DNA of 64,000 nucleotides from Candidatus Methanoperedenaceae archaeon (GTDB lineage: Archaea; Halobacteriota; Methanosarcinia; Methanosarcinales; Methanoperedenaceae), in assembly GCA_963753595.1 (NCBI GenBank), contig CAVWCX010000023.1:1-64000 (forward strand), in the 5' to 3' direction. Below are positions 19,113 through 29,339 of this stretch, in pieces (position 1 is the stretch's first letter; each line of letters opens with the position of its first letter). The notes under the pieces are model-generated. The model saw only the letters and a list, made by a program, of their open reading frames with translations. It did no database searches and had not been told where the DNA came from. The translations under genes and the position numbers were made by a program.

Positions 19113-20316
19113 ATGGCAACAAAAGTATTAGCGACATTATTTGTCATCAGCTTAATTTCCATCCTGGCAACAGGGACTATTGCAGAAGAAAAGGTCAAAA
19201 CAATTATTGTCTTTAAGGATAATCCCACACAGGATGATATAAGCTTTCTGAAAAACCAGGGTGCAGTTGTTAGATATCAATACAATATAATCCCAGGGCT
19301 TGCATTAGAATCACCAATACAAGCTGTCAATAGAATTAATGAAATGTGTAGTAATCCGAAAAATCCTGCTACTCCAAAAATATGCTCGAACATCGAATCA
19401 ATCGAGCCTGACCATCAAGTGAGTGCTCTTAGCAAGCCTGCACCTTCGCAGCCTGCTCAGACTTTGCCATGGGGAATAACCAGGATTGGCGCTGACCAAT
19501 CATGGACTCAAAGTACGGGAAAAGGGATTAAGATCGCAGTTGTAGATACGGGTATAGACTATATGCATCCAGATTTGGATGCAAATGTAAAGGGTTGCGT
19601 CACTTTCGTGACAGGGACAAGCGATTGCAAAGATGATAACGGACATGGAACCCATGTGGCTGGTACAATCGCAGCAGAGAATAATGATATAGGTGTTGTC
19701 GGTGTAGCTCCAGACGCATGGTTGTATGGAGTTAAAGTTTTAAATAGGAAGGGATCTGGCTGGACAAGTGATGTCATAGCGGGGATAGACTGGTCGAATT
19801 CTAATGGAATGCAGGTTATATCTATGAGCCTTGGCTCAAGCTATGATGATCCGGCGCTCACACTTAGCCGTTGATAACGCATATAACAACAGCATATTGA
19901 TTGTAGCAGCTGCGGGGAATGATAATGGCGGTGCAATAATCTATCCAGCCAGGTATAGCTCAGTCATAGCAGTGACAGCCACAGATACAAATAATGCCAT
20001 CGCTTTCTTTAGCAATATCGGTCCTGAAGCTGAATTAGCTGCTCCGGGTGTGGGTATTTATTCAACCTACAAAGGTGGGACTTACAAAACTTTAAGTGGT
20101 ACCAGTATGGCTACACCTCACGTCACGGGCGCAGCTGCGGTCTTGCTTGCAACTGATATAAATCTATATCCAGGGTATGACTTAGACGCAGATGGCAAGT
20201 GGGACCCGGTTGAAGTAAGAAACAGACTTAGTGACACAGCAAACAATCTTGGAGAACCAGGACGAGATCAATACTTCGGGTATGGTTTAGTTAATGCATA
20301 CAATGCTATAAACTAA
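19113..20316 (+). pseudogene. Secreted subtilisin-like S8 protease split by a frameshift near 19860
   Basis: Signal peptide, DTG and HGTHVAG in frame 1 (19113-19874); AAAGN and SGTSMA in frame 2 (to 20316). Could be an assembly error. Confidence 0.85.
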
Positions 20317-20354
20317 ATCCATTTTTCCCTTTTTTAACACCATCAATTTTATAT

Positions 20355-20428
20355 AAAAAAAAGGGGCGCAGGCATCGAGCGAGCGCCCCGGCAGTCTGGT
20401 AACAGACTGATATCTGATCGATCACACT
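20355..20428 (-). ncRNA. Candidate antisense small RNA complementary to the adjacent tRNA
   Basis: Minus-strand TTTAAATA at 20452-20459; the first 25 nt complement tRNA 20579-20604; internal hairpin CAGUCUG/CAGACUG; terminal GGGGCGC/GCGCCCC hairpin followed by U8. Confidence 0.6.
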
Positions 20429-20550
20429 AAGTTTATTATTGTATCGCGAGTTATTTAAATATATTGCTTGAAATTCTTGAATGTTCTAAAATAATACTTT
20501 CACACCGCTAGGCAATCGTTCAAATGGTCTAAATGCATAGTAGGAATCAT

Positions 20551-20638
20551 GCCGAGGTAGTCTAGCCAGGTAAGGCGCCAGACTGATAATCTGGTCGATC
20601 ACACCAGAACGTCGCGGGTTCGAATCCCGTCCTCGGCG
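20551..20638 (+). tRNA. tRNA with GAU (Ile) anticodon on a class II, tRNA-Ser-like scaffold
   Basis: Acceptor GCCGAGG/CCTCGGC with G73; D arm GTCT/AGGC; anticodon arm CCAGA-CTGATAA-TCTGG; 19-nt variable region; T arm GCGGG-TTCGAAT-CCCGT. Confidence 0.88.
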
Positions 20639-20799
20639 CAGTGATCATTCTGGTAGAATACAAATGTGTGATGCATTTCAGATACTATAATAAAATTTTG
20701 CGGCAGTAGATCCGAGGATACAATTTTAAAATTGTGGGGCTATATATTACAGTGGTTATGAAGGTATTTGATAAGTTAGAGAAAAATTCACAGGACGGC

Positions 20800-23241
20800 G
20801 CAAAATGAGAATTGGAGTGAGCGTTGGGAAGCGGCAAAACTACTTGGTGGTAATTTTCAAGTTCTTCCGGATAAAGAGCAGGCATGGAATGACCTGCACA
20901 GGTTAACGCTGGAAAAAATCTCAGATGTTCGGGCGGAAGCTGTGCATTCGTTGGGTATTGCCTTTCCCGCAATTCCAAATAAGAAACTAGCTTGGAAGGA
21001 TATGCATCGATTAACCCAAATTAAAGATGTAGATGTTCGGGAGTATGCTGCGCTTGCATTGGGCTATGCTTTCTCCCACATTCCAGACAAGGAACAGGCT
21101 TGGAATGACTTACAACGGTTGGCACAGGATGAAGAACCCGAAGTACTGGAGAGCGCAGCAATGTCATTGAACGCTGCATTTCCTGACATCTCTAATAAAG
21201 AGCAGGCATGGGAGCACTTAGTCAGGCTGGCACAATACAATGACTACGATGTACTATTTGCTGCAATTGATGCATTGGGTGATGTATATTGTGACATTCT
21301 TGACAAAGAACATGCATGGAAGGATATATTTTGGCTTACACAGGATGGGGAGGAAGACTTTGGGCGGTGGAGGGCGGTATATGCATTGGGGGCAGCCTTT
21401 CCTCATAACCCAAATAAGCAGTGGGCATGGGAAGATATACATCAATTGACTCAATACGATGATAAAGACATAAGATAGGGTTCAACGTATGTGCTTGGTA
21501 CCTTATCTTTCCATATATTCCTGATAAAGAACAGGCATGGTTAGACCTGCATAGCCTCAGACTGGACGGAGAGAACTATGTCCGCAAAAACGCTGTACTT
21601 GCACTTGGTTTTGCCTTTCTTCATATTCCTGACAAAGAATAGGTATGTGCAGATTTACATCGGCTCATAGAGGATTCGGACGATTATGTACGTTACGTTG
21701 CTGCAATTGCTTTTGGTACATTTTTCTCTCACCTTTCTGATAAAGCACCTGCATGGAACGATCTAACTCGGTTAGTAAAAGAGCAAAACAGGCTATGTAC
21801 AAAGTGCTGCCATAATATCATTGGGCATTGTCTTTCCTCATGTACCAGATAAGTATCTGGCATGGGACATTCTGAATCTGATGACAAGATATGTGCATGA
21901 TGCTTCAGCAGTTGCGATTGGTTTGGCATTCCCTTGCATTCCTGATAAGAAACAAGCATGGACCGATTTGATCTGGCTGGCACAGGACAAGGATAAAGAT
22001 GTAAGAGGGTCTGCAAACTATTCTCTGGGCAAAGCATCTATATTTAAGGCAACTGAAACAGAAAGTGAAGAAGATTTTAGAAAAAAATTGGAAAAAGCTC
22101 TGGAATTTTTTGAAAAATCATCAAAGGATGCTATATATCATAATACCTGCTATATTTTGTCTTCCATTTTATCGCTCGTTCTATACAATAACTTTCAAGA
22201 AACAGGATGCAAAGATTGAAGTCCAAAAATATCTTACAGAGGCAAAAATTGCATCAGAAGGCTCAGAAAGTAGAGAAAAACTACTTGATGCAGTCGAAAA
22301 TCTAGCAAATGCATTGAAAGAGGTGCAGGAAGCTTCTGATAAGGGCTTTAACGCCATGAAATGTGATTTAAACGCATACATGCGATACTGTGAACGAGCA
22401 ACAGACCTTTTGGAAATCACGGAGGAAAAGGCGCCAGGGGCAACAAAACTGATCAGGAAAGGTTTACCGATAATTGACCGGAGAATAAAAGAATTGCTTG
22501 GGGAAATTGAAGAGAAAGCAAAGAAATTATGCAAAGAATCCCAAAAAACTCCCTTAGAAAAAATAAGCAGAAACGCCTATGAACATGTTAAAGGACTTGG
22601 GGAAACTGAAAATCCGATTAAAGCAGAAATTAGTTTGAACGGGTTCACTCCACACATCAGAGTATGTCTCATAAACTTCCGCCGAAGTTAGCAGGGTACC
22701 TATACAACCAGAACTTGATGTGCTGGAAGAATCGGAATTATCAGATAAGGCAAGAATAATAGGAAGCGCTTTAAGCTCTATTCATCCACAGATAATCAAC
22801 TTGGAAGAAAAATTAGCTGAAAGGGAAAGATGGATAGAATATTTCAAGAATTTAGTCGTCCAGCGACTTGATAATATTAATTATGGTGTTTTTCAGCTAA
22901 AAATTCGATCTGGAGAAATAGTCCCGAAGTTTCGTGAAATGCAACACGAAATGATGAAACTAATTATAATCAAAACCGATCTTGATAATATTGGCTTAAA
23001 CATAAAAGATTTTGGTAATTTGCAGCACCATGATATTCAAAAGTTAAACGATGAAATAACTTTACTTTGCGGAAAAATCGAAACCGAGATAATTCCAAAG
23101 TTACCCAAAGCAAACGATGCCCACAGGATCATCGAGATACAGAAGAAAATACAGTATTTAAAGCAGTCCAAAGAAGAAATTTGGTTTAATCGTGTAGCAG
23201 GGCTTTCCTCGATTGTGGGCCTTATACTTACAATTTTGTAG
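20800..23241 (+). pseudogene. Fragmented HEAT-repeat protein with a helical C-terminal region and a terminal hydrophobic segment
   Basis: ~38-aa repeats AW.DL.RL.QD....VR..AA.ALG.AF.HIPDK spread over several frames with stops (ORFs at 20942, 21821, 22065, 22720). The start is approximate. Confidence 0.75.
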
Positions 23242-23290
23242 TTATTGGTAGAATTCAGGTATAGGTCGTGTTCCGATATGATTCAAAAAC

Positions 23291-24091
23291 TCAATCCTCC
23301 AACCTATTTACCTCACACCTCAACTCCTTCTCCTCACATCTCCTCAAAACCCTCTCAAAAACCTCGCTGTAATAATCTTCACCCTTCAAAAAAATCCTCT
23401 CATAATCAGCAAGCAGTTCAGGCTTAAACCCCCCAATAAACTCCCGAACCCTCTCCCACACCCCTTCCTTCAGCCTCAACTTATCAACAAGCACATACTT
23501 CGGCTTCACCTTTGCAATGGCATCAACCAGCGCATCAACATCAGTAATATACGGCATCACTGGCCCAAAAAAAACCCATGTTTTAATCCCATTTTTCGAA
23601 AGTTCTTCCAGCGCGCGTAACCTCTCATCAACACTTGATGCTCCCGGTTCAAGTTTTTCCCTCACGCTCTCATCAAGCGCTGTAAGAGTGACACCCACTT
23701 CTATTTTCGAAAATCTTTTCAGCAAATCCATATCCCTCAACACGAGAGAAGACTTGGTCTGTATGCAGACCGGAAAATCATGCATTAACAATAGCTCAAG
23801 GCACCGGCGCGTTATTTCATACTTCTTCTCGGCCGGCTGGTAAGGATCAGTAACCGTCCCAAGCCCCACTACGCCTTTTTTCTTCATCCTCAGTTCTTTT
23901 GAAAGTATCCGTGGCAGATTCACTTTTACTTCTACAAGCTCGCCCCATTTCCCTTTATCCCAGTGAATGACCGACGGCGCATAGCAATAAACGCAGGCGT
24001 GTTCGCAGCCCCTGTAGGGATTCAGGGCATAATCAAGTCCGGGAAGTTTTGAAGGTGAAAGAGCGGTTTTTATTGTAATTTCTTTTATCAT
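23291..24091 (-). CDS. Radical SAM protein, spore photoproduct lyase-like DNA-repair family
   Basis: NPYRGCEHACVYC, TDPYQPAE, TKS and LEPGA motifs. Confidence 0.88.
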   Translation of the reverse strand: MIKEITIKTALSPSKLPGLDYALNPYRGCEHACVYCYAPSVIHWDKGKWGELVEVKVNLPRILSKELRMKKKGVVGLGTVTDPYQPAEKKYEITRRCLELLLMHDFPVCIQTKSSLVLRDMDLLKRFSKIEVGVTLTALDESVREKLEPGASSVDERLRALEELSKNGIKTWVFFGPVMPYITDVDALVDAIAKVKPKYVLVDKLRLKEGVWERVREFIGGFKPELLADYERIFLKGEDYYSEVFERVLRRCEEKELRCEVNRLED

Positions 24092-25613
24092 TTCAAAAGC
24101 CCTGACTTTATCCTTAGCATAGCCAACGCAAGCGAAATCATCCCTAAAATAAGATCAAAGCCTGATGTTTTTACGTCTTTATCATTTCCATTTTGAGTAT
24201 TGTTGGTTAAATTAGATTCCGTCAGTACCTGTCTTCCTCTATACATACCGTTCCATGAAGAAAACCATTCTCCACGCCAGGTATTAATCGAGAACGATGC
24301 ATATTTCTCGTTATCCCTTTCTATATACGCCGAATCCCTCTCAATAAGATTTTCTAATTTTGAGCTATCGCCTGTATATTTGAAATACTTTAGATTAGGT
24401 ATTTTAAAGCTTTCAAAGGCATAAGTTCCTGTTTTAAGCTTGAATTGTTCTGCTCCGAGTTTCTCCAGATCACTAAATAACTTTTGGCATACCGAAATAT
24501 TCTGGTTGTTTTCTTCACACCATACCCATATCATATTTCCAGGTATTCTCAACAATGAGAGAGGATGTCCAATATGAGTAAAACTAGTTTTCAGAGGAGT
24601 TATTATGATATCTTCATCAGAAATGTCCAGCTTGTAGCTATCTTCCTCCCCCTCGTATCTCAGTACCAAATCTGATTCTCCTTTCAGGTTTCCAAGTTTT
24701 TCTGAGAAACGCGCCGGTCCCATAGCAGTTAGGCAATATCCTCCTTCACGGTAAATTCCATTTATGTCAATTAATATTTTATCATTAGACCTTGTAGTAT
24801 TTGCTAAAATCTTATAGTTGGCACATCCATAGATTGTATCTGTCCTCAGATTAAGAAATATAGCCAGTTCATTTCCATAAGCGTCATATCCCGTTTCAGA
24901 TTGAGGGTTATCAAAGGCTTCTATTATGCTCAGGTTGAAAATCTCTCCCCAATAATGTTTCTCGACATTCTTTATTCTTTTTTCATTTAAATCTAAAGTC
25001 ACATAGGTTATCGCTGAATTATCTTGAAGCCCTTGAATTCAAGAACTATAGAGCCGTTTTCATCCATAATCCATTTACTACCCGCAATTTCCGGAGTTCT
25101 TTTTTGTATATTTTCATCAAGGTTCTTGAGCACGATATCTTTACCAAACTCCACGTATTTATCCGGAACAAGTGCCAGGTCGGCCGTTATCTCATTAATC
25201 TGGACTTTATTTCCATCGGTGTTTAATTCAATATAAAGCTTCCATGATTCTGTTTTGTTATCACGTATCCCCTTCAAATTAAATAAAAATTGAAAGTTCC
25301 ACACATCCTGAGCAACCAGGCTACCACGTTCTAATATCAGATTTGCAGTGAACGTATCATATTTTTCACCATCGAACGTTTTTATTTTAAGCGCTACGTC
25401 TTTGAAAATAGCATTGATACTATCGTCACTCAATTGTGGTGGTCTTTTTTTAATCAAGATTTCAGTGTTACTTTTTAATTGTGCAGCAGAATAAGGCGCA
25501 GAACTTATTATTTCTCTTTCCCCGCTCTCATATGCTTCTACAAGTGGAGCAAACATTAATGTCAATAATACCATCACCACAAAGGTTACTTTGAACCCTT
25601 TTCCTTTTATCAT
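24088..25613 (-). CDS. Secreted surface protein with a PGF-CTERM-like tail, split by a frameshift near 25030
   Basis: 25008-25613 has a signal peptide; 24088-25002 ends TSGF-TM-basic. One extra G in AAGGGC would join them as ...LEFKGLQDNSAITYVTLDL.... Confidence 0.6.
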
Positions 25614-25709
25614 GCATTAATCCTTGTCTTTCTTTTATTTCAATTCTTTTATTTCAATTAGTTCTTATCTTAGCAAATGTAAGTTTTTATTACCATTACT
25701 CAGGAGCTT

Positions 25710-26960
25710 TTAAAAAAAATCCCCCAGTCCTCTCTGGTATAATGTATTTTTCAAGATCGTGCTCTCCTTGATCCACCGCGCTTTCGGGATAACAAGCCTT
25801 GTAGAGATATATGAAAAAGCATCATCAAGGGATGAGAATCTATTAGGTGCTGCCTTAAGGGCTGCCCGGACATTCTCCCTGACATTCCACACACCCACTG
25901 GCATGATATAGCCAGGATGGGCTTCCCTTAATATCACAACCCGCGCCTGCCGCCTTTCTTTTACGAGATATTCATTCACTGCAAGCCGCGCAGCATAATA
26001 GCAGCCCCCGATTTCAGCATAGGTCGTGCGCCCTTCATAACCCTCTGAAGATGCCATTATCGCTACATCTTTCCCGAACGGGTTCCATACAGTATTTGGA
26101 TACCATGCCTCAATAAGCTCATAGCTCCAGGCGCGGGGCATCATTATTACGGCGAACCTGTTATCAAGCTGCCACGACTCAAAAACAAGATATTCATTTA
26201 TAATGGGAAAATCCTTCATCTTCTCCATAAGATTCGCGCCGATCATGCTGTCAACTGCGGTTATGCTCCATCGGGTAGGAACAAAACGGCGCGCTTTTCC
26301 TTCCCCGAATGCCCCCACGGAAAACGCTTTCTGGATGCTTGATATGATCGTATCTTTTTTATAAAGCTCGAGGACTGCATCCTTTGCCTTGAGGTCAGTA
26401 TCATTATATGCCTTCTCCATCCTCTGGTCGAATTTCGTATTACCTACATCGATCTTTTTAAGCGGAGCCGTAGGGCCAAAAGGCTGGACTTCATCATCAA
26501 GTACAAGCCTTGAATATGGTTTTTTCAGGAATTCAGCTTCTACATCAATTGGGGATGCACAAAGCGCCATCTCACGGGTTGCTTCTACGATGCGGTTGCT
26601 ATCCAGGTCCCTTATATGAACAAGATGTTTTCCCCGGACAAGCTGTGAACGAAAATCCACGATATCATCGATACTTTTCCCGATCCACATCTCTGGAGTG
26701 TCAAGTAGAGTCGTATCGCCGTGTGTTGGCGGAATGAGAGGGCCTATCGAAACATAAGGATATCCAATCCTGCCTATAAAAACGCCCGGCGGGGAAGAGC
26801 CATCGATATTCAGGCTGTCTGTCAGCGTTTTGACCTTTACGTTAGAATAGAATTTGACAAGGACCGGACATCTCTGTTTACCGCATAATAATTTTGAACC
26901 GCGACATAAGATGCATAGGGCATCGCTTTTTCCGCTGAATAGCGAATCCGGGCTTTCCAT
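25710..26960 (-). CDS. nreA: Nre family PCNA-interacting DNA repair protein
   Basis: N-terminal CILC...LCG...CP, SPPGVFIGRIGYP, VPTRWSITAVD, and C-terminal PIP box QRGLGDFF. Confidence 0.9.
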   Translation of the reverse strand: MESPDSLFSGKSDALCILCRGSKLLCGKQRCPVLVKFYSNVKVKTLTDSLNIDGSSPPGVFIGRIGYPYVSIGPLIPPTHGDTTLLDTPEMWIGKSIDDIVDFRSQLVRGKHLVHIRDLDSNRIVEATREMALCASPIDVEAEFLKKPYSRLVLDDEVQPFGPTAPLKKIDVGNTKFDQRMEKAYNDTDLKAKDAVLELYKKDTIISSIQKAFSVGAFGEGKARRFVPTRWSITAVDSMIGANLMEKMKDFPIINEYLVFESWQLDNRFAVIMMPRAWSYELIEAWYPNTVWNPFGKDVAIMASSEGYEGRTTYAEIGGCYYAARLAVNEYLVKERRQARVVILREAHPGYIMPVGVWNVRENVRAALKAAPNRFSSLDDAFSYISTRLVIPKARWIKESTILKNTLYQRGLGDFF

Positions 26961-27231
26961 GTATCAGTTGATGATATTAAGGGATATAAAATAAATGCAA
27001 GCTATGTGAAAGTGATTGACCGTAGAGTGTTGGTCGTCTTCAATAAATGAAGCTCTCCACTCCGAAAAATTAGAAGATATTGTTAATGAGTTAAAAAAAA
27101 GAGGCGGGATAAAAACATAAGAAGTTATATTCAGAAGTAATATTCATATTTTCTGCTTGTTTCAATTTGCCAACACAAATTGAAAACACCCCCAAGCTAA
27201 GCAAAGCTTTATAAATCCTGAACCACCATTC

Positions 27232-28470
27232 ATGAATATGGGTTCAGAAATTATATACAGGGACGAGTCCGATGAAATAAAAAAATTAAACGGCTGGATA
27301 TTAATTTATGGAAGAAGAAAAGTTGGAAAAACATTTTTGATAAAGAACTTCCTGGAATACGATGTCTTTTTCAGGGTAAACAGGGACGGCAGCATTTTAG
27401 CTGAAAAGTTCATCATCAGCACGATAAACAATATGGACGATTTTTCAAGGGCAGTTTCGGAGCTGCTTCTTGCTGATAAAAAAGTAGTGATTGACGAGTT
27501 CCAGAGGCTTCCTGAATCTGTTATTGAGCGAATATCCACTCTTCATCCAAAAGGAAAGGTTATTCTTTCCGGCTCCAGCATGAGGGTGATAAAAAAGCTG
27601 TTTGGAAGCAAATCACCGCTCCTTGGACTGGCTATGCAGTACAAGCTCGGGCTGATAAGGCCGGTGAACATATTACGGGAGCTTTCAAAAAAAATGGATG
27701 CGGTGCAGGCAATTGAACTTGCCCCATATCTTGCAGATGCCTGGACTATTCCCTTTTATACGAAGGAAAGTGACAGTGAGAAGGTCATATATGATCTCTT
27801 GAAATATTCGAAATTCACGGTACCTTCGCTTGTCGGGGAGATATTTACCGAAGAGGAAAGAGAGTTCACCAAGGTATATGAGGCTATATTGAGACTTATA
27901 GGAGCAGGCGAATTGGATTACAAAAATATTGCCTCGATCCTTGCCGGCAGAAAGGTAATCGAGCGGGCGGACAGCTCTTTGATAATTCCGTACATAAAAA
28001 ATATGGAAGACATGGGGCTGGTTGAATCCCTGCCGATATATTCCTCAAAGAAAAAAATGTACCGATTGTCTTCGCCTATGATGGAGGCTTTTTTCTATCT
28101 TGCTGATAGATATGGATTTGAAGATAGGGATGTAAGTTTTGAAGAAGCCAGGCCGACTATAGAAAAACTAAGGAATTTTGCAGTGCAAAACTTTATCGGG
28201 GATTTGTTCGCCAGCGCTTACCATGGAAAAAAAGAATATTATGTAACGCCTTCAAAAGAGCTGGACTTCATTATAACCGTAAGAAATAAGGCGGTTATCA
28301 TCGGAGAAGTAAAATGGGGAAAATACGATAGCAACGATCTAAAAAAATTCGTGGAAAAATCAACTTTTATCAAAGCAGAAAAAATATTCATAACAAAACA
28401 TAAAAATGAAACAAAAATTGATAATGTTAAAATAATGGACGTGGATGATATTTTGGCCATGGTTAAATAG
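27232..28470 (+). CDS. Archaeal ATPase with a C-terminal PD-(D/E)xK-like (DUF234-type) domain
   Basis: YGRRKVGKT, VIDEFQ, LSGSS; C-terminal ELDF...GEVKW. Confidence 0.85.
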   Translation: MNMGSEIIYRDESDEIKKLNGWILIYGRRKVGKTFLIKNFLEYDVFFRVNRDGSILAEKFIISTINNMDDFSRAVSELLLADKKVVIDEFQRLPESVIERISTLHPKGKVILSGSSMRVIKKLFGSKSPLLGLAMQYKLGLIRPVNILRELSKKMDAVQAIELAPYLADAWTIPFYTKESDSEKVIYDLLKYSKFTVPSLVGEIFTEEEREFTKVYEAILRLIGAGELDYKNIASILAGRKVIERADSSLIIPYIKNMEDMGLVESLPIYSSKKKMYRLSSPMMEAFFYLADRYGFEDRDVSFEEARPTIEKLRNFAVQNFIGDLFASAYHGKKEYYVTPSKELDFIITVRNKAVIIGEVKWGKYDSNDLKKFVEKSTFIKAEKIFITKHKNETKIDNVKIMDVDDILAMVK

Positions 28471-28671
28471 GAAAATATGACATTAGTATCATTGATTGGA
28501 TAAAAAACCACAGAGAGCGACAGAGAACACAGAGATAAATGTATTGGCCCCCTCGAATCCTCGTACATCTGTGGTTGAGTACCCCCGTCAAAATGCGTGA
28601 TTTTAGAAAAATTAAAAAGTCTCGAAAATATGGAGAAAAGATTATACTTGCATGAGTACTTAAGCAACCTC

Positions 28672-29151
28672 ATGTTCATTGAAATAGACGGCTGGATGGC
28701 AAAACTGAGATTTTCAGCATGCCACTTCATCCCCAATCACCCAAAATGCGGATGCCTTCACGGCCATACATACGCGGTCAGCGTCAGGATCGAGGGCGAA
28801 CAGAAGGGTGAGTTCATTATTGATTTTGAGACTGTAAAAGGAATAGTTAACAGGATTTGCGACAGGCTTGACCACAAGGTCCTCATCGCAGAAAAAGACC
28901 CACGCCTTCTGATACAGAAAAGTGACGATGTATCTATCGAGATAATTGAAAGCCATAAAAGATATGTTCTTCCTCCTGAAGATATTATGTTCCTTCCAAC
29001 AAATTCGGTAAGTGCCGAAGACCTGTGTAAATATTTCGCATCAAATTTAGCTAAAGGCTTAAAAGCCAGCGGAGCAGGTAATATCACGAAGATCCATGTC
29101 CGCGTGGATGAGGGGATAGGACAGGGCGCCGGCTGCGAATATGAGTTATAA
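28672..29151 (+). CDS. queD: 6-carboxy-tetrahydropterin synthase (QueD/PTPS family)
   Basis: FSACH, CGCLHGHTY, IDF, LDHK and SAE motifs. Confidence 0.88.
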   Translation: MFIEIDGWMAKLRFSACHFIPNHPKCGCLHGHTYAVSVRIEGEQKGEFIIDFETVKGIVNRICDRLDHKVLIAEKDPRLLIQKSDDVSIEIIESHKRYVLPPEDIMFLPTNSVSAEDLCKYFASNLAKGLKASGAGNITKIHVRVDEGIGQGAGCEYEL

Positions 29152-29339
29152 GTATTTTCTACTCTTTGAGATCGTTACAATTGGTGTTGGTAAATTGAAA
29201 TTATCCTAAAAAATAAATATAATAAAAATTATACGCAGTTTTCAAATATATATCACTTTTGTAAGATCTAGTATCAATTATTTAATAATTATACTTCCTC
29301 GCGTTTCTTCCGGAAAATACACACTTATTAGCTTGCTTT

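Noticed and set aside
20355-20428. The antisense RNA as a standard C/D or H/ACA guide
   Set aside because: On the minus strand there is no canonical RUGAUGA/CUGA pair or 3' ACA box, and the 25-nt complementarity is much longer than typical guide duplexes.
20551-20638. Extra length of the tRNA explained by a BHB intron in a normal tRNA-Ile
   Set aside because: The anticodon arm is already intact with a 7-nt loop. The extra bases lie in the variable arm, no clear bulge-helix-bulge is visible, and the acceptor stem and G73 remain Ser-like.
28505-28535. ACAGAGA-type short repeats, and the TTCGTTTGTGTTCG tract near 46095-46110
   Set aside because: These are too short and degenerate to assign a function from this window alone.
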